NCBI GenBank assembly: GCA_965235115.1
Contig: OZ249444.1
Span: 15,190,001-15,254,000, forward strand
DNA: 64,000 nucleotides
Direction: 5' to 3'
Source of the DNA: Laetmonice hystrix
Taxonomy: Eukaryota
The notes beneath the pieces were generated by a model. The model did not search any database, had not been told where the DNA came from, and saw nothing but the letters and a program-made list of their open reading frames with translations. Position numbers and translations under genes: made by a program. This document shows positions 46,341 to 60,200 of the stretch, one piece after another; within the stretch, counting starts at the first letter, position 1; each line of letters starts with the position of its first letter.

Positions 46341-48401
46341 TCAACCTCGGCCTAGAAAACTCCAACCTGTGTGTTCACTTGGCACCGTGCCAACCTTCCC
46401 GCTCCCTTCCTCCGTCCGACGTAACCTTCGGGATAATTTGGTACCCCCAGCGGCCTCCAGGTAGCGCTCCAAAGCTCGCAGCTCGTGGGCGAGATTTCGA
46501 CGTGAACGACCGGGCCTGCGTATATGCAGCTGCTCGGTTGCAGCAAGTCGGACCTGTACGTAAGTCTGACCAGTAACTGGTCAGAAACAATACTACTATC
46601 CCCAGCGTTTTAATCGAGTCTGAACGCCTGTAGAAGGGGCAGAGATTCCAGAACTTTGCACAGCGATATAGACGAGGTAGAAGCGAAGGCAGGTGACTTT
46701 CTCATTTTGATATTCGATAAAAAGTAAGACTTGTGTAACATTTCTGGTTACATCACGAGCTTTCAGTGTGTGTGCGTGTTTAGCTGTATAAATCAATAGC
46801 CTCACAACATCTATACTATATATAGGCGTCGATAGATATAGAGACTGAAGAGGAGCGTGCATGTGCCCCCCCCCCTACGCCGAAAATCTCTTGTAGGACC
46901 TGCATGGTGTAAGTTGTGTATAAGGTAACCAGTGTCTGCATGACCTGTGTACTCCACATTACACGCCATAACAGGACTCCTTACATATAACACATGCAAT
47001 CATTAACATGTGTGTACTTCAGACATGCTCCGCGGCAGCTGTAGGGCGTATCCAAGCCGTCTATTCATATTGGTATAGTTTTTAAAAGAAAATTAATAAT
47101 CTACAATATTATTCTCGATAGGGTCATATTCGAGATGGTAAAATTAATGTGTATCAGGATGTTCGGGAACTTTGGCTTTGGTAAACAACAGTTGGCAACA
47201 AGGTTGATGTACATGTACTTGAAAGCTACAGTAATACATTTTCAAACGTTCAACGAAAAATTAAGATTTTCAGGGACTCTTGATCCTTTGGGCCCGCTAC
47301 TGCTTCAACACTTAATACTGTGTAAGGCTCCTCGTATTTATGTCCTGGCCGGGGGTTCTACCAATTTGCCGAAAGGGCTCACTCACTGTAGCATCTAGCC
47401 AAAGAATTCGGCTCTGTGCTCTGTACAGAGCCGAAGGTCGCCATTCAGAATTTCCGAGCGTACCCGGACAAATCCTCTGTTTCCCATGAAAAGCCCTCCC
47501 TTGTCTATATGTCGATGAAATATTGATAAATAAACTCAAAATAACTTATCTCTCATATCTGCAAGCTGGAAAAGCACGATGCGACACAATAAAGACAGTT
47601 ACATCTCTCGAACCGAGAAATTTCAATGCTCGTTAACCGTCGGAGAGATGCATGCTGGGATATCAAAGGCAACATGGCGGCCGGTAAAACGCCGTTAAAC
47701 GGGTGATCTAGACATGAATTTGACGTTGTACTATTAGAAACACTGCTTCAGGACCCCACACACCTACTGTCGAGATAAATGGATGCCGGTGAGTTGATCA
47801 GTGCAAGCGGTGGTGGTCTGGCCTGGGTGTGGTATGACCCGCCAGGAATTTAATTCGACTGTCTGTAAGCCTTGCTGGCTCGGCGCAAGGCTTACTACGT
47901 AGGCTATGTAGCATCCAGACAATAACCTGGTAACTCACTCCGTAAATTAACAAGCGGGTGGTTTTACCAGACAAGATAATAAATGATGAATGGCAAGGAG
48001 TCGACCTACCAGGTGCTACTACTTCCAGTGCTGCCACCCTTGACTTTACAAAAAGTATGACTGTTTAAAAAGAGTATCCAATTTGTCAAAAAAAAGTATA
48101 CAAAAGTATCAACCGGCATCAACTTACCCTGTTTGGTAACCATTTGTTACCTTACTAAGCTAATATTTCCTGCTTGTGAACAATGTTTTGGAGTGATGTA
48201 TGTTGTGTTGTGGGGAGTTGCACCTGCTGGGCTCTCAGTCACCTGTCACGTGGTAAATGGCAGCAGAGAGCTCAGCAAAAACTCCACTCAACAGAACACC
48301 CATCACTCCTGCAAACAGACTAGCAAAACACATCTGTAAGTCTACTAGAGTAATAGAGCGTCTTCACCTTTCAGACTGACCATTTTGCCTCTGTACTTCA
48401 T
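46341..48401 (-). CDS. Tentative 188-aa secreted-protein gene of unknown family; exons 48401-48368, 48308-48243, 47903-47768, 47504-47387, 46553-46341
   Basis: Five GT-AG exons join in phase: MKYRGKMVSLKGVMGVLLSGVFAELSAA...RRPGRSRRNLAHELRALERYLEAAGGTKLSRRLRR...GWSFLGRG*. No recognised domain; the exons were selected by hand, so chance assembly is quite possible. Confidence 0.22.
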
Positions 48402-49605
48402 TGGCGGTGCTATATACTGTATATAAAAATTACCGTTTCAAGTCTCGGTCGGACAAGATTTTTAGAGCCTGGAAACAGAGCGAATTCACCTCCGGAGGCC
48501 AAACGCATAACTCATTGTGATGCAGCAGAAGGTGGTGGAGTCTGCCTCGTTTTGACCCGCGATACTCCACACCTCCGCCCACCCCGCGGGTAGGGTAGAC
48601 ACTGGAATGCCTTGTACATTGTAAAGCATGTACCCCTACTGCTTGGGCAGCCCGCGGTATAGGATTGCTATGACTTGCCTGACAGTCGGTTGATGTATTG
48701 TGTAAGACGCAAGGGGGCGCCATAGGTAGCTCTCGGGTCATCGCTGATCCCTTCTATGTTGGTTCAATCTCTATAAAAATAATGCAGACGGGTAGTTAAA
48801 GAAACAGGTAGTTTTGACAGCGTTGTCCATCACATATAAGCTTGCATCATTTATGACGAGCTTGGTGGATCAATGACTCGACGCCATCCAGGGAACGCCG
48901 AGGGATGGGACAACTTCCGGTTGGAACATTTAACTGGAATTCTCACACATAACGTTATAAAAACGGTTTACTCATTAACGTTTGACAAACGTTTTATAAA
49001 CATTCCTTGATGTGTGAGATAAGGGCATTACGACCAGAGAAATAATCGCATTGATGTCATTCGTTACTATTTCAGTTTATTTTAATCTAGTTGTTTTGAC
49101 CAGTTCTGTATATCGGATCAGCTGACGGCTCCTGTAGAATAGGCTGCTGCCAGTCGGAGTTGGTTGTGGGGGATGGGGCTGACATCCAGAATAGTGTTTC
49201 GGTACAGATCTACACACCGTATAACCTTCAGCGCCGCCCAGCGAGGTGTGTTTACGTGTTCGTACACCATTGATTGTAGCCCGAGTTAGTGTTTACCATC
49301 CGTATTTCATGAGTCCGCTCACCTGCAAGGGTTGGTCTGGATGAGGGTGGGAGTAGGGGTGGGGTAGAGGGTGGCGGCGGTGGGCAGGTTTAAGGTGCCC
49401 ATCACATTGTACCGCTGAAGCCCGTCATGCACTGCAGGAAGGTTATAGGCTACATGGCGGATGTGATCGTCAATGATGATGATGATGACCACTACCAACC
49501 ACAGTCCCCCAGACAAAGTGGATAAATATAATGTGCCCTAATGACAGAAACATGTGGTGGTGGATTGGTTGTTTAAGGCAATTAGCGAGTATCTTTCATT
49601 TCAAT

Positions 49606-50001
49606 GTAACAGCACCTGTCTGTTAGTAACAGCACACCTGTCTGTTAGTAACAGTACCTGTCTGTTAGCAACAGCACCTGTCTGTTAGCAACAGCACACC
49701 TGTCTGTTAGTAACAGCACCTGTCTGTTAGTAACAGCACAACACCTGTCTGTTAGTAACAGCACCTGTCTGTTAGTAACAGCACCTGTCTGTTAGTAACA
49801 GCACACCTGTTTGTTAGTAACAGCACACCTGTCTGTTAGTAACAGTACCTGTCTGTTAGCAACAGCACCTGTCTGTTAGTAACAGCACCTGTCTGTTAGT
49901 AACAGCACCTGTCTGTTAGTAACAACACCTGTCTGTTAGTAACAGTACCTGTCTGTTAGCAACAGCACCTGTCTGTTAGTAACAACACCTGTCTGTTAGT
50001 A
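49606..50001. repeat. 20-22-bp minisatellite with a palindromic core, about 19 copies
   Basis: Unit CACCTGTCTGTTAGTAACAG; core CTGTTA-G-TAACAG is self-complementary; no unique spacers. Confidence 0.95.
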
Positions 50002-50193
50002 GCCCCCTCACGTAAACAGGAAATTTGGTGGCAACGAACTAAAAAGTCTAGATCTATCACTGCTGTCATCCCCGAACCCGACTCTAACCCCTAACCTCGG
50101 TCTCCCCCCCCCCCCCCAAAAAAAAAAGAATCCCTGCCCTAGCCCCTACCCCTTCCCAAATTTTGTGGAAATGTTACCAGAACAACGCCCTCC

Positions 50194-50295
50194 GCCAAGC
50201 CCAGCCTCATGCCAAGCCCAGTCTCATGCCAAGCCCAGCCTCATACCAAGCCCAGCCTCATGCCAAGCCCAGCCTCATGCCAAGCCCAGCCTCAT
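50194..50295. repeat. 17-bp tandem repeat, 6 copies
   Basis: GCCAAGCCCAGCCTCAT x6. Confidence 0.95.
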
Positions 50296-51561
50296 ACACG
50301 TGGTATATTTGTTTGCTAACACTGCGAGTAGATAACAGAGATGGGGGTGATGACAGTAGGCCTCAGGCAGTGTACCTTCTCCGTGTTTCTCACTGGTATA
50401 ATGTTGGTCAGACAACTTTTATCACTTCATCTATCTATCCCCACGGTGGCACGTTTATTTATTATCACCACCACCCTTCCCGGTACTTTGGGAACCCCCC
50501 CCCCTGGTTCATATATCAGGTGAACATTCGAAGGTCATTTTAAGGGTGGGATTAAGGGCTGGCTCTATTGGTGATGAGAAATCTTCCGACCCTCTCGATG
50601 AGGTCACAAGTTATGATACAGGAATATAGGACAGATTAAGAGTAAAAAGTGATGTAAAGGCGTGGATAGAGACAGCAACACAATTGTCTTAAAACATCAT
50701 CCCTTTGGGATCAGAGTTAAGAATGATCCTCAGCCTCCTGCCCTGGCTGTTCGGAAGAGGCGACGAATGGAGAGAGGGCTGCTGTGTGGAGAAGTTTTTT
50801 AGTGTCGGACTAAAGTATCGCATGATATGGGGTTGTATCCTTTCAGTACCGTTTCTTTCGCCGATCTCCCAAATGGACATCCGATGTGTTTACGACAGTG
50901 TAGACACATTAAATTGTTCTTGAGCTGTGGGAGACGGTTGTGGCCAGCATGTATTATTGCCATGTAAAATAATTCTTCATCGGAGTCTACCTCTGACACA
51001 GATCGTTTAATAGGGGTCACATTGAACTGTATGTCACAGGAAGGAAGGTTGTGTAACATGTGGTATCGATATACACGTCAAGCATTATCGATATACCAGC
51101 CAGCGTTTCCGTCTGGTATGTTTATATAAATATAAACACGAACCTTCTAGGCTCGCTTATCGTCTAACGGTCTTGGCTCATCTTGTTTGTTGGAAGTTGA
51201 AGATATCTGGGATCTTCTGCATACGCACTTTATTTTTATGCACGTGCTGTCAAACATGTGCTCGGGTCTATGCACACGTGTAAATATTATACACCCTCTC
51301 TGGCCAAAGGTACCCCAAGGAGCCCATGTCAAATAGAAGTACTGTGCATAATATCTAGTTCTGGAGATTTCATATTATATCAGAAACAAAGTAATACTTC
51401 GGAAGAATATTTAGAACATCGTACAGAGTATAATTTCCATGACATAAATATCATGCGTAAGTGTACATAAAACCCCCAAGCAGACTTCAACCTTTCTCTC
51501 GTGTAATAGGTAAACAATTCAGCGCCAGAGACGGACGACCTTGAGATCGTAAGAAAACAGC

Positions 51562-54507
51562 ATGCCGAAGATTGTACTTATTGCCATAGACTGGAGCCAA
51601 TTCGCCGAAAAGGCATTCGACTGTAAGTATAAGTTGTACTACTCCCAGGGAGTAAACAGTGGCTTCTCCCGACAGCGTTACGGTATCATTATCCACATCC
51701 AACAGATAAAATAGATCAAGAGATGAAAAGGCCAGTACGCGATTTTTCTTTTCTCTGTTTTCGTTCTATAATTGCAGGGTATGTGTACCATCTCCACAGG
51801 AAGGGAACTCGAGTGGTTCTAACGCATTACATCGAAGCTAGTAAGTGAAGTCTGATTTTTTTGCCCCAAGTTTGCATGGCTAAAGTAGTTTAGACTTGTT
51901 TTTCATTTCGTATATATTTACAGTTACAGGCAAAAAGGGGGAATTTTTAGTGTTGCTAGAGGTGCTTAGTCTGGTACAGGGGACCTCTGGTTTCGTTGGT
52001 TAGAATCTCACACTTGCCAGCACGCTTCATCCCAACCAGTTACTAAATTCACCAGTAAAAGTATCATTCACTTCAAGAAGAAGAAGAGGGGGAAGAGGAG
52101 CAGGATCCATCCGGTTTAGTAGGTCTAAACTTACAGGAGAGAGGGAGGAGGAGGAGGAGGAGGCGGCGGTGGGGGAGGAGATAGAGTATAAAGGGGATAA
52201 ACGGGGACTGCCATAACAACCTGGCAGTTGATGCATGCTGGGAACGATTCTTCTCCCCGTTTTTCAACGGCCACCCGTTCGTTGCTAGAAAGCTAGGCTC
52301 TCGTCCGACAACTCTACGTTTTTTTTTTTAGATCACTTCCAGTCTCAGCCAACTAGTATAGAGGCCGTGTCATATTGACTGTCCAGTTTTGTCCCGGAGT
52401 GTAGGCATTATCGTTGATTTGAAACTGATGGTTAAATATCTGCTTCTCTGTCCCCCTTCCCATTAAAAAAGCGTCTCGTCATGAACTTGAACCAAACAAT
52501 TCACTTTACTTGGCCTTATGCACTGATTCTGACCAATGGTTGCCTGTCTGTTCAGAACCTGAGGCAGTATCATCATGTGCCGCTAGATGTCTCTGCCGGT
52601 CGGGTGAGGTGGCGTTATTTAGTGACGCATGTCCGAGCTTACGGCAGGTCCATTAACACCAGGTTGCCATGGCTACCAGTCGATCATGCACTAAAACTAC
52701 CTCCTCCAAATTAAAAAGGGAGAAAATGGGAAAGAATGACCGGTTAGAGTAGAAACAAGCGTTATATTCCCTCAAAGTAAGTGGTAGATATACATATACA
52801 TGTAGGCCTAGTATCATCATGCAAATGTCTTAATGACCGACTTCCCGGTTCCTATAATTCAGTGAATTTCACGTAGCCATGACAACCAAATAATTAGACG
52901 AAATAACTTGACATCGCTTCTGTACAGTAGGTTAGTTTGGCCGTCAACTTTGAATCGAGTCTATAAAATAATTTGGATAACTTATTAATCCCTATAATGG
53001 TATCAGATCAGTAACTGGATATGTTGTGTTATTTGTTGCAGTTTCCCTGTGATAATATTAGTTATTCATTAAGGGTAAATATAACACCAAAATCTACTAA
53101 AAACTTAACAATAACAGCATCGTTGTTTAACCTAACAACAACCACCTTACATAATCTCCGTAGAAATAATTACATAATACATATCAGTACTTAGTTTATA
53201 ATCTTTAGACAAAGGAATTGGGCCATCACTGTCATAATTATGTACAAGCGCATACGATAGAAACTTCTGGGTTTCAAGGGTGTACACAAGTTCGGAAATT
53301 GAGCACTCAAAGGTGAACAGGATCTAGACATATGGGAGCTCAAAGATCGAAACTGATTGAACAGACAGTGGGGGAAAACTCCTCCTAGCCTTTCAAATGG
53401 CTAGCCCCTCCTCGCAAGGACATACTTGTCTGGGGAGGGACTTTTCCAATAATAAAGCATGCAGGTTAGATGTAGGAGTCTGAATGTGACATTTATAATA
53501 TAGGTTATTTGATGGAGAGAAATGACATGTGAATAATGCATTAACATGTCAGTTTTTGGTATAATAATATAAGACTCCAATTTTCCGAGGTAGTTTATAA
53601 TCATGCTTTCAGTAAATTTGAAATCTGTAGGATATGCTGATTTGAAAAAAACGGGCACTTTCGTTATCATGGTTAATGTTTTCATCCTAAACAGTTATAA
53701 TGAGCTTTAGAACTTGTGAAGGTTACACGCACCCATGTCACATGATTGATGACGTCACGTTTCAGAGAAGGAGAAGGAGCTGATGAGGAAGGAAGAGGAG
53801 TTGATGGAGCTCCGTGACGTGTACGGGGAACGCCTTCGTCAATTGAAGGTCAGTCAACATCAGTGGTTTCCTCTATTTCTGCCATTTTCCCCTCCTGTTT
53901 ACTTTGGCTATTTGCATATGTAGGTCACCATTGCCGTAACTTCTGCTGAGGGGTTCAGCTTAAAAGGAGTTGTGTAACGTCCCTTTCCTCACATTCTGGA
54001 GGGCCATCGGAGCTTATTTTCATCTTCTTTTCCTTCCTTCAAAGTCGAATAGATGTAGGCCTGTGCATAACCCGAACTATGGTAAAGTTGTAAAATTTTT
54101 TGGTCAGAGGATATAGCGATCATTAGAGAAGTTTATAATAGTGTGTAAGCAACGAGACTAGACAGAGTCTGTCTAGTCTCGTTAGTGTAAGTAAGTGGGT
54201 ATCATAGGCATAATTATAAACGAACCCATTTTTTAATGACCAAGAAAATGTTTAATCCTCGGACAGGGACGGTAACCAAGTGTTTTATCGCATGGCCTTA
54301 CAGATCGACCATAATTGGGTCAGCGGAACCGGAAGTACCCCTGCCGACCACATCATCCAAACGGGAGAGGATGTACGCGCCGACATGATAGTGATGGGAG
54401 CGCGAGGACTGGGCAAAATCAAACGGGCAATCCTGGGCAGTGTCAGCGATGGGGTCATCAGACGGGCAAAAGTACCCGTCCTCATCTGTAAGTGGGAAAA
54501 AGATTGA
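51562..54507 (+). CDS. Universal stress protein (UspA family), 136 aa; exons 51562-51622, 51778-51840, 53766-53848, 54304-54507; possible extra 48-nt exon at 52556-52603 would give 152 aa
   Basis: MPKIVLIAIDWSQFAEKAFDWYVYHLHRKGTRVVLTHYIE...ADMIVMGARGLGKIKRAILGSVSDGVIRRAKVPVLIC. The G-2x-G-9x-GS nucleotide-binding motif is intact; spliceosomal introns are present. Confidence 0.92.
54151..54183. repeat. Perfect 33-bp hairpin in the last USP intron
   Basis: AACGAGACTAGACAGA-G-TCTGTCTAGTCTCGTT. Confidence 0.9.
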
Positions 54508-55061
54508 ACCGGCTCAGTGTGTGTCGTTTCAAGGACAAAGGACGAACAGTGTGACCAATCAGCGCAGTCTTCAGTGATTTATTTTGAGCTAACCAATCAT
54601 ATTGTGGGATATTTAGAGTAGGCCTAAAGATGTCGTCAGACTGTCTCTGAAACTATTGTGAATATTTGAATCCGTACGATCTTCGAATGCATTGTCCGCC
54701 TCATATCTTCGAATACAGATTACATTTTAATGGAATCATAGCTCACTTAGCCCCTTAATTACTATATAATATCTTTTAACACACTTTCATACAAGTAATT
54801 TTGATTGAGTTTATGAGTGATTGTATAAGTTAGATACGCATCGGAATGACTTGCATCGACAGACCATGAAAGAATTTGAAAAGGCTTGATACAGGCCTAT
54901 GACCGATATTGAAGTTGATGTAGCCGACTTTGACACATACTTGTTATATATTTGATAATATATCTTTGATTTAAAGCCTGTGTTCACACTCACCCGGAAG
55001 TTCATTTTTGATGCACATAGTTGTTAATAAAGCTAGGTTTATTATGAAAGTGCACTGTGTC

Positions 55062-55274
55062 AAGTGCTGAACCCACCAAGGCGATTCCCCTTGCGACGCC
55101 CATGCGATTTTGACATCACCCTTTTATTTTACTGTAATTTTGAGATTAAAGGAAGGAACCCATTTCCGGGAACGGAGAAGGCCAGCCAGGAAAAATTTCA
55201 GAGTGAAATTCCACCATTAAATCAAAAACCGCATGGCCGTCGCAGGGGGAATCTCCTTGGTGGGTTCAGCACTT
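55062..55274. mobile_element. MITE-like element with inverted arms of about 50 bp
   Basis: AAGTGCTGAACCCACCAAGGCGATTCCCCTTGCGACGCCCATGCG mirrors CGCATGGCCGTCGCAGGGGGAATCTCCTTGGTGGGTTCAGCACTT; no clear TSD. Confidence 0.65.
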
Positions 55275-55450
55275 CATGGACCACGCAAAGTTTGATATAG
55301 TGTGAACATTATGCAAATATTTGTATAGGCCTATACCCAAGAGTGGAATTTAGGGAAAGAGTGAAAGTTGTTTCATTATGATGCCATTATAAGTACAGGT
55401 AACACACTTTTACGAAAGGGCCATATCCTCAGAAGCGATCTTTAAACGAT

Positions 55451-55598
55451 ATGATCGGTTGTAGCAACCACTTTTTTCATTTTTACCACTTTTGTCACAG
55501 GTCACCACTTTTGTCACACAAAATGCCCACTTTTGACACAGGTCACTACGACCGAAAAGTGGTAAAAATGACAAAAGTGGTTGCTACAATCGGTTCAT
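55451..55598. mobile_element. Short foldback/MITE-like element
   Basis: Left GGTTGTAGCAACCACTTTTTTCATTTTTACCACTTTT mirrors right AAAAGTGGTAAAAATGACAAAAGTGGTTGCTACAATC. Confidence 0.65.
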
Positions 55599-57204
55599 CA
55601 TCGCATGACGTCATGCAGGCAATTCGAGTTCGCTTGAGACAAGAAAAGTAGGTAATAACTTTTTATCATTTTTGTTTTAAGATTGCTCTTGTCTACCGGT
55701 TACACGTAATGACGAACCGCTGCATCATCGCTTGTAAAACCGATTATGTGGACTTGATCCAAAAAATACCGTACACTGAAACCAGCCGAATTATTGGATC
55801 GACTTGCACACTGCGACAGCCGGTTTCATTTTACTTACAGGCCCAGTCTATAGGCCTGGTTGTGGCCAACCATCGTTGCAGCCGTTCATGTATTTCATTC
55901 AGCAGCTAAAAAAACAGGGTGTATAGATAATGTGTGAATAAATCATTGTTATCTTCTACGTCTACGAGGTCGTTCAATTTCACCAATATTATCAAATATG
56001 GCGACAGTCCGAAGCTTGCTCCTATTCAATCAGGAATTAATACCGCAAGGATCCGCTAGGCGGCGGTGTAATCCCTGCGGAAGTGTTCGACGTAAATGGC
56101 GTTATGGTAGCAGAAAAAGCTCTGTAAACCGGTTTGGTGAGCACCAGAACGATGGAGGGAAGTTTTTCCTTGCATCAACCCGGTCGGAGAAGCGCTTAGA
56201 CTCAGGTAGATTGTAAATAATTCGACTTTGTTTGAAGTAGGTGGGCAGTCATATAAGGAAACTCAGTTTGAAGTCGCGCAACCTTCATCGCTTAAACAAA
56301 AATAGGGCAGGTATAGGCATTTGAACGAAAAGAAACAAGGATAGGGAGGAGGGAGTTATATTATAGTGGTGGTGGGTGGTGGTGGTGGTGGTGGAGGGCC
56401 ATGAGGAGGATAGAGGAAGTAATTTGAAGGAGGAGGAGTGTGACGAGGGGAAAACAGCGTCACCTAAAAAAATCTATGAGTGGTGGGTCTGGCAAAATAA
56501 TAGCACGAGGTACAGTGGCGGATTCGGGGAGTTATGGGGATTGCAGGTTGGAACCTAGACGATGTTTGTAAAAATTGAGAGAGTGACCATCTCGAAGGCC
56601 TCGGTGCTTGATTGTTAGCTCTCCTCTTAGCTCCCCTACGGTGTGGGGGTGTGGGTTCCCCTTGGACATTCACTTTTTTTGTTTTGTAAGACCTTTTAAA
56701 CCAGAATCGGAACTACACTGGCTCAAGATCAATGATGCGAAGGTCAGGGAGAGCCAATCCCTTTGCCGATCAGAACACATTTTAAAGACGGGGTCATTCT
56801 TCCCGGGTCATATCTTGTGTGACACTAAATTCAGCGGCACGCTTGGGGTGTTGCCCTCGATCGCTGCAACACATCAATACCAAATATGGGCAAAGCGCAA
56901 GCTGGCTAGCTCTCCTGTTTCCATGCAGAACGAAATGCCTACCGCTCACAAAAACTTTCCTGGCATTAGTCATTCACTACACAATATGCCATGCAGAGTA
57001 TTGACATGTCACCATAACACATTGTGAAGTCTTCACAAACTGGTCGCTTCGAGTAAGTCCGTCTTCGCGGACGACAGTGACTGAGAAGCAGGCGACCGAA
57101 CGCTGCGAATGACGACGCCTAACGTGTGACGCGTCCGAAACGTCATACATGAATATAGAGTCATATTCCACCAACTGAAAGACCACACAAACTAAATTTC
57201 AGCC

Positions 57205-60200
57205 ATGGCGCACACGGTGGTTCAAAATACGTCCGAGCACAAGAAAACTAAAAAGACGAAGAGCAAGACGAAGAAGGAAGGTAAAAAGGGATGCTACATT
57301 TCCTGTTGCATGGGCGTTACCGTGCTGGTTGTTGTGTTGCTTCTGCTCGGCCTTGTGGCCGTGCTGGTCCACGCCCTGGCACCCAAGGGTCTCTGTAACT
57401 GTGAGTCCGACCAACTCTCCGATGACGAGCAGTGGCAGCGATGTGGCAGCATGGCAAACAAACGGAAACAATGTAAGTGAAGGCTAAAATCCGCCATGCA
57501 ATAACCCCTGTGATAAAAAAAATGCGAGTTATGTTATTATTACTTGAAGGTCTGTCTGATTAGATATAACACTGTTAATAACATGAGAACCACATTACCA
57601 CATTACATTAGGAACAGGTGCGTTAAAGATTAAGTGATAGTCACATGTTATTCTACCTGAAAATGTTTCGCCAACGACTCTGTATCAAAGCTTCGCACCT
57701 CCGGTGTTTATGGGACCATTTCAGAACCCTTTAAGGCTAGCTACGTTCCTGGGAACACCACATCAACCTAATTTCAAAACATTTAGGCTAAAACAACATG
57801 CATCCCAGTAAATCATCCGAGCGGTAACACGTCCAAACAAACACAAAATCAGTCAACATTACGACAAAAATAGTGGAAAGGGATTGGGACAACAGCGAGT
57901 TGAGGACTTTCGCATACTGCGCACCAATCAAAACTCACAACTTTTCAAAGAGCCTAAATTCATATACCTTTTCACATTTGGCCACAAACTGAACTTTCTG
58001 CTGAATTCTGCTGCAAACAGTAATGCAGAACACTTCTCACATTTTACAAACATCTTATTGTAAACCCCCGTAACCGTAAAATTCTACAATGAAGAGAAAT
58101 AAATTTTTTTAAATCCCACAAACAGAAGAAAAAGTCCAGCTAGTGCCCACGGCAAGTTAAAACGCGGGAATGCAGCTTCAAACGTATAGTTGTAACTGTC
58201 GACCTCTCCATATAGAAACGTTTAAATCGCTCAGACGGGTTGCCATGATACAAATTTTAGATCAATATTATCGCTGCCTTTATGTATTTTCAAATTTTGT
58301 GACAAAACCTTATGAGCCAAGCTCATGGGCGGCCTAATTCCTCATACCATATATGGAAAGCACAATTGCTGTTTGCATTGAAGTGAAAAAAGGGCGAAGT
58401 CTGGATGTTTTGGCACTGTTTATCGGCCGGCCTCTTGATGTTCAATCTGGTAGGTTTTATAAGGTAAGATTCCAGTGTGCCAGGCCGAGGCCGACAGGCG
58501 TGAAACCTTTGAAACTTTTGTCCTCGACGTTTGCCGAGACACTTGGCGTTGACATTGTGCGGGGGTGGTTCTCAAAAAAGTCATCAAGTATGCAGGACTT
58601 GTGAATGCACGAATCATGATGTGCTACTTGGTGTGGCAAGCCGAATGGGTCAGTTGGGAAAACACCGTTTTGTCTCACGGAAACCATGGTTTCCCTAGGG
58701 AATGTCCTGGAAATAGATTTAGCGATATAGGATTAGTTATACTTAATTCAGGCATATAGTCAGGAATTATTCTGATTTTGTTATCAGGAATATGAATTCA
58801 ATATTGAGTGAATATTGCATGTCTGGGACAATAGACCCGTGTAAGTCTTAGTGTTACATTATATATATAATGCTACTTTTACCAGCGCCAGCGTGTTCTA
58901 GCGAGGCGTATAAAATCTGGAGAATATATAGAAGACTACATATAATAGAACGTAGGTATGTTATTTTTGTGTTTTTTAGTTGATACTTTTCTTTCCACCC
59001 TTTTCATCCGACCAGGCATAGGACCATGTAACGTCACGAAAGGCACTGGCGCAGCTTTGAACTGGTCAGAGTACCGGCTAAACAGGACACTCCTTCCTAC
59101 CCATTACAACCTCGAGTTGCAGCCCCAATTTTACTTACCGAATGATGCTACTTTTACGGGCTTGGTTGAAATCTTCATAAAGTGCGAGAAGTCTACCGAT
59201 GTGATAGTTCTTCACGCCAAGGATCTAAACATCCATTCCGCTGTTCTGAGGTAAATGGAATTTTCTCCTGCCGATCATACGTTGTCACAGGGAGGAAGTC
59301 GACACTATGCCTTTGAAGCCTTCTACAAGGAAGATCCCGAATCAATTACGAATTTTCGCTTCAGATATCCGTGCTGAAAATGTTGTACATTAGAATGATA
59401 GCCACCACAGGGAAAGTAGAAACTTAAAATTGCAATACCTGATTCTGGTGATTGAGATTTATCCCGTTGTAGTTAGAATTATGGTCATTTCTCGCTCGAT
59501 TTCCAAAATATCAAAATGAAACTTTGAGGGAAGCTGTACCTTAAGTTGGCACACTATGTACATCAAGGAATACGTCATGCGACGTCACATCAGTGTGCAA
59601 TGCCATCTTAAAGAAGTCATGTTCAGCAGCTAGCATACCAATTACTTCTTTACGCTGACGGACACAAATAATTACAGATTCAATATTGATTCACTTAGGA
59701 GAACATTTCCCTTTAAAAAACATATTAGGCAGATATTTTTAAATATAGGTCATGGTAAGGAAAACGGTTAAAGCGATAGCCCCATTTTTTTGGGCAAGAA
59801 AGATAACCAAACTGCTTATCATCTTTATTTCTAGGGACAATGACGAACAAGGTCAAACTATCCCTATAGTCCGGTCTGCCAAGGACACAACCAATCAGTT
59901 CTATAAGATGTACCCACGTGACAACCTGGTGGCCGGATACAACTATTACCTGAGGATGAAATTCAATGGGTCCTTGGTGAACACAGGTGCATCAGACCTC
60001 AAGGGCTTCCGCAAAGCTGGCTATTTCTACAACGGCCAGACTAGGTAGGTAAAGAGATCCTACATCGACAGTACGATTATAGATTATTATAATCCCAGCG
60101 ATACGATCACGAGATGGGTCAAGGTCGCAGCTTCTTGCGTGAACATGTTTCCTTTTACCCACACCAAAAGTGTGCAGTCTTGGATTGTGCGGAAACCCGC

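Noticed and set aside
50689-51059. Overlapping short ORFs upstream of USP
   Set aside because: No family motif or splice-consistent model could be built.
51562-54507. Recent bacterial horizontal transfer or contamination as the source of USP
   Set aside because: The gene has spliceosomal introns and USPs are native to several invertebrate phyla.
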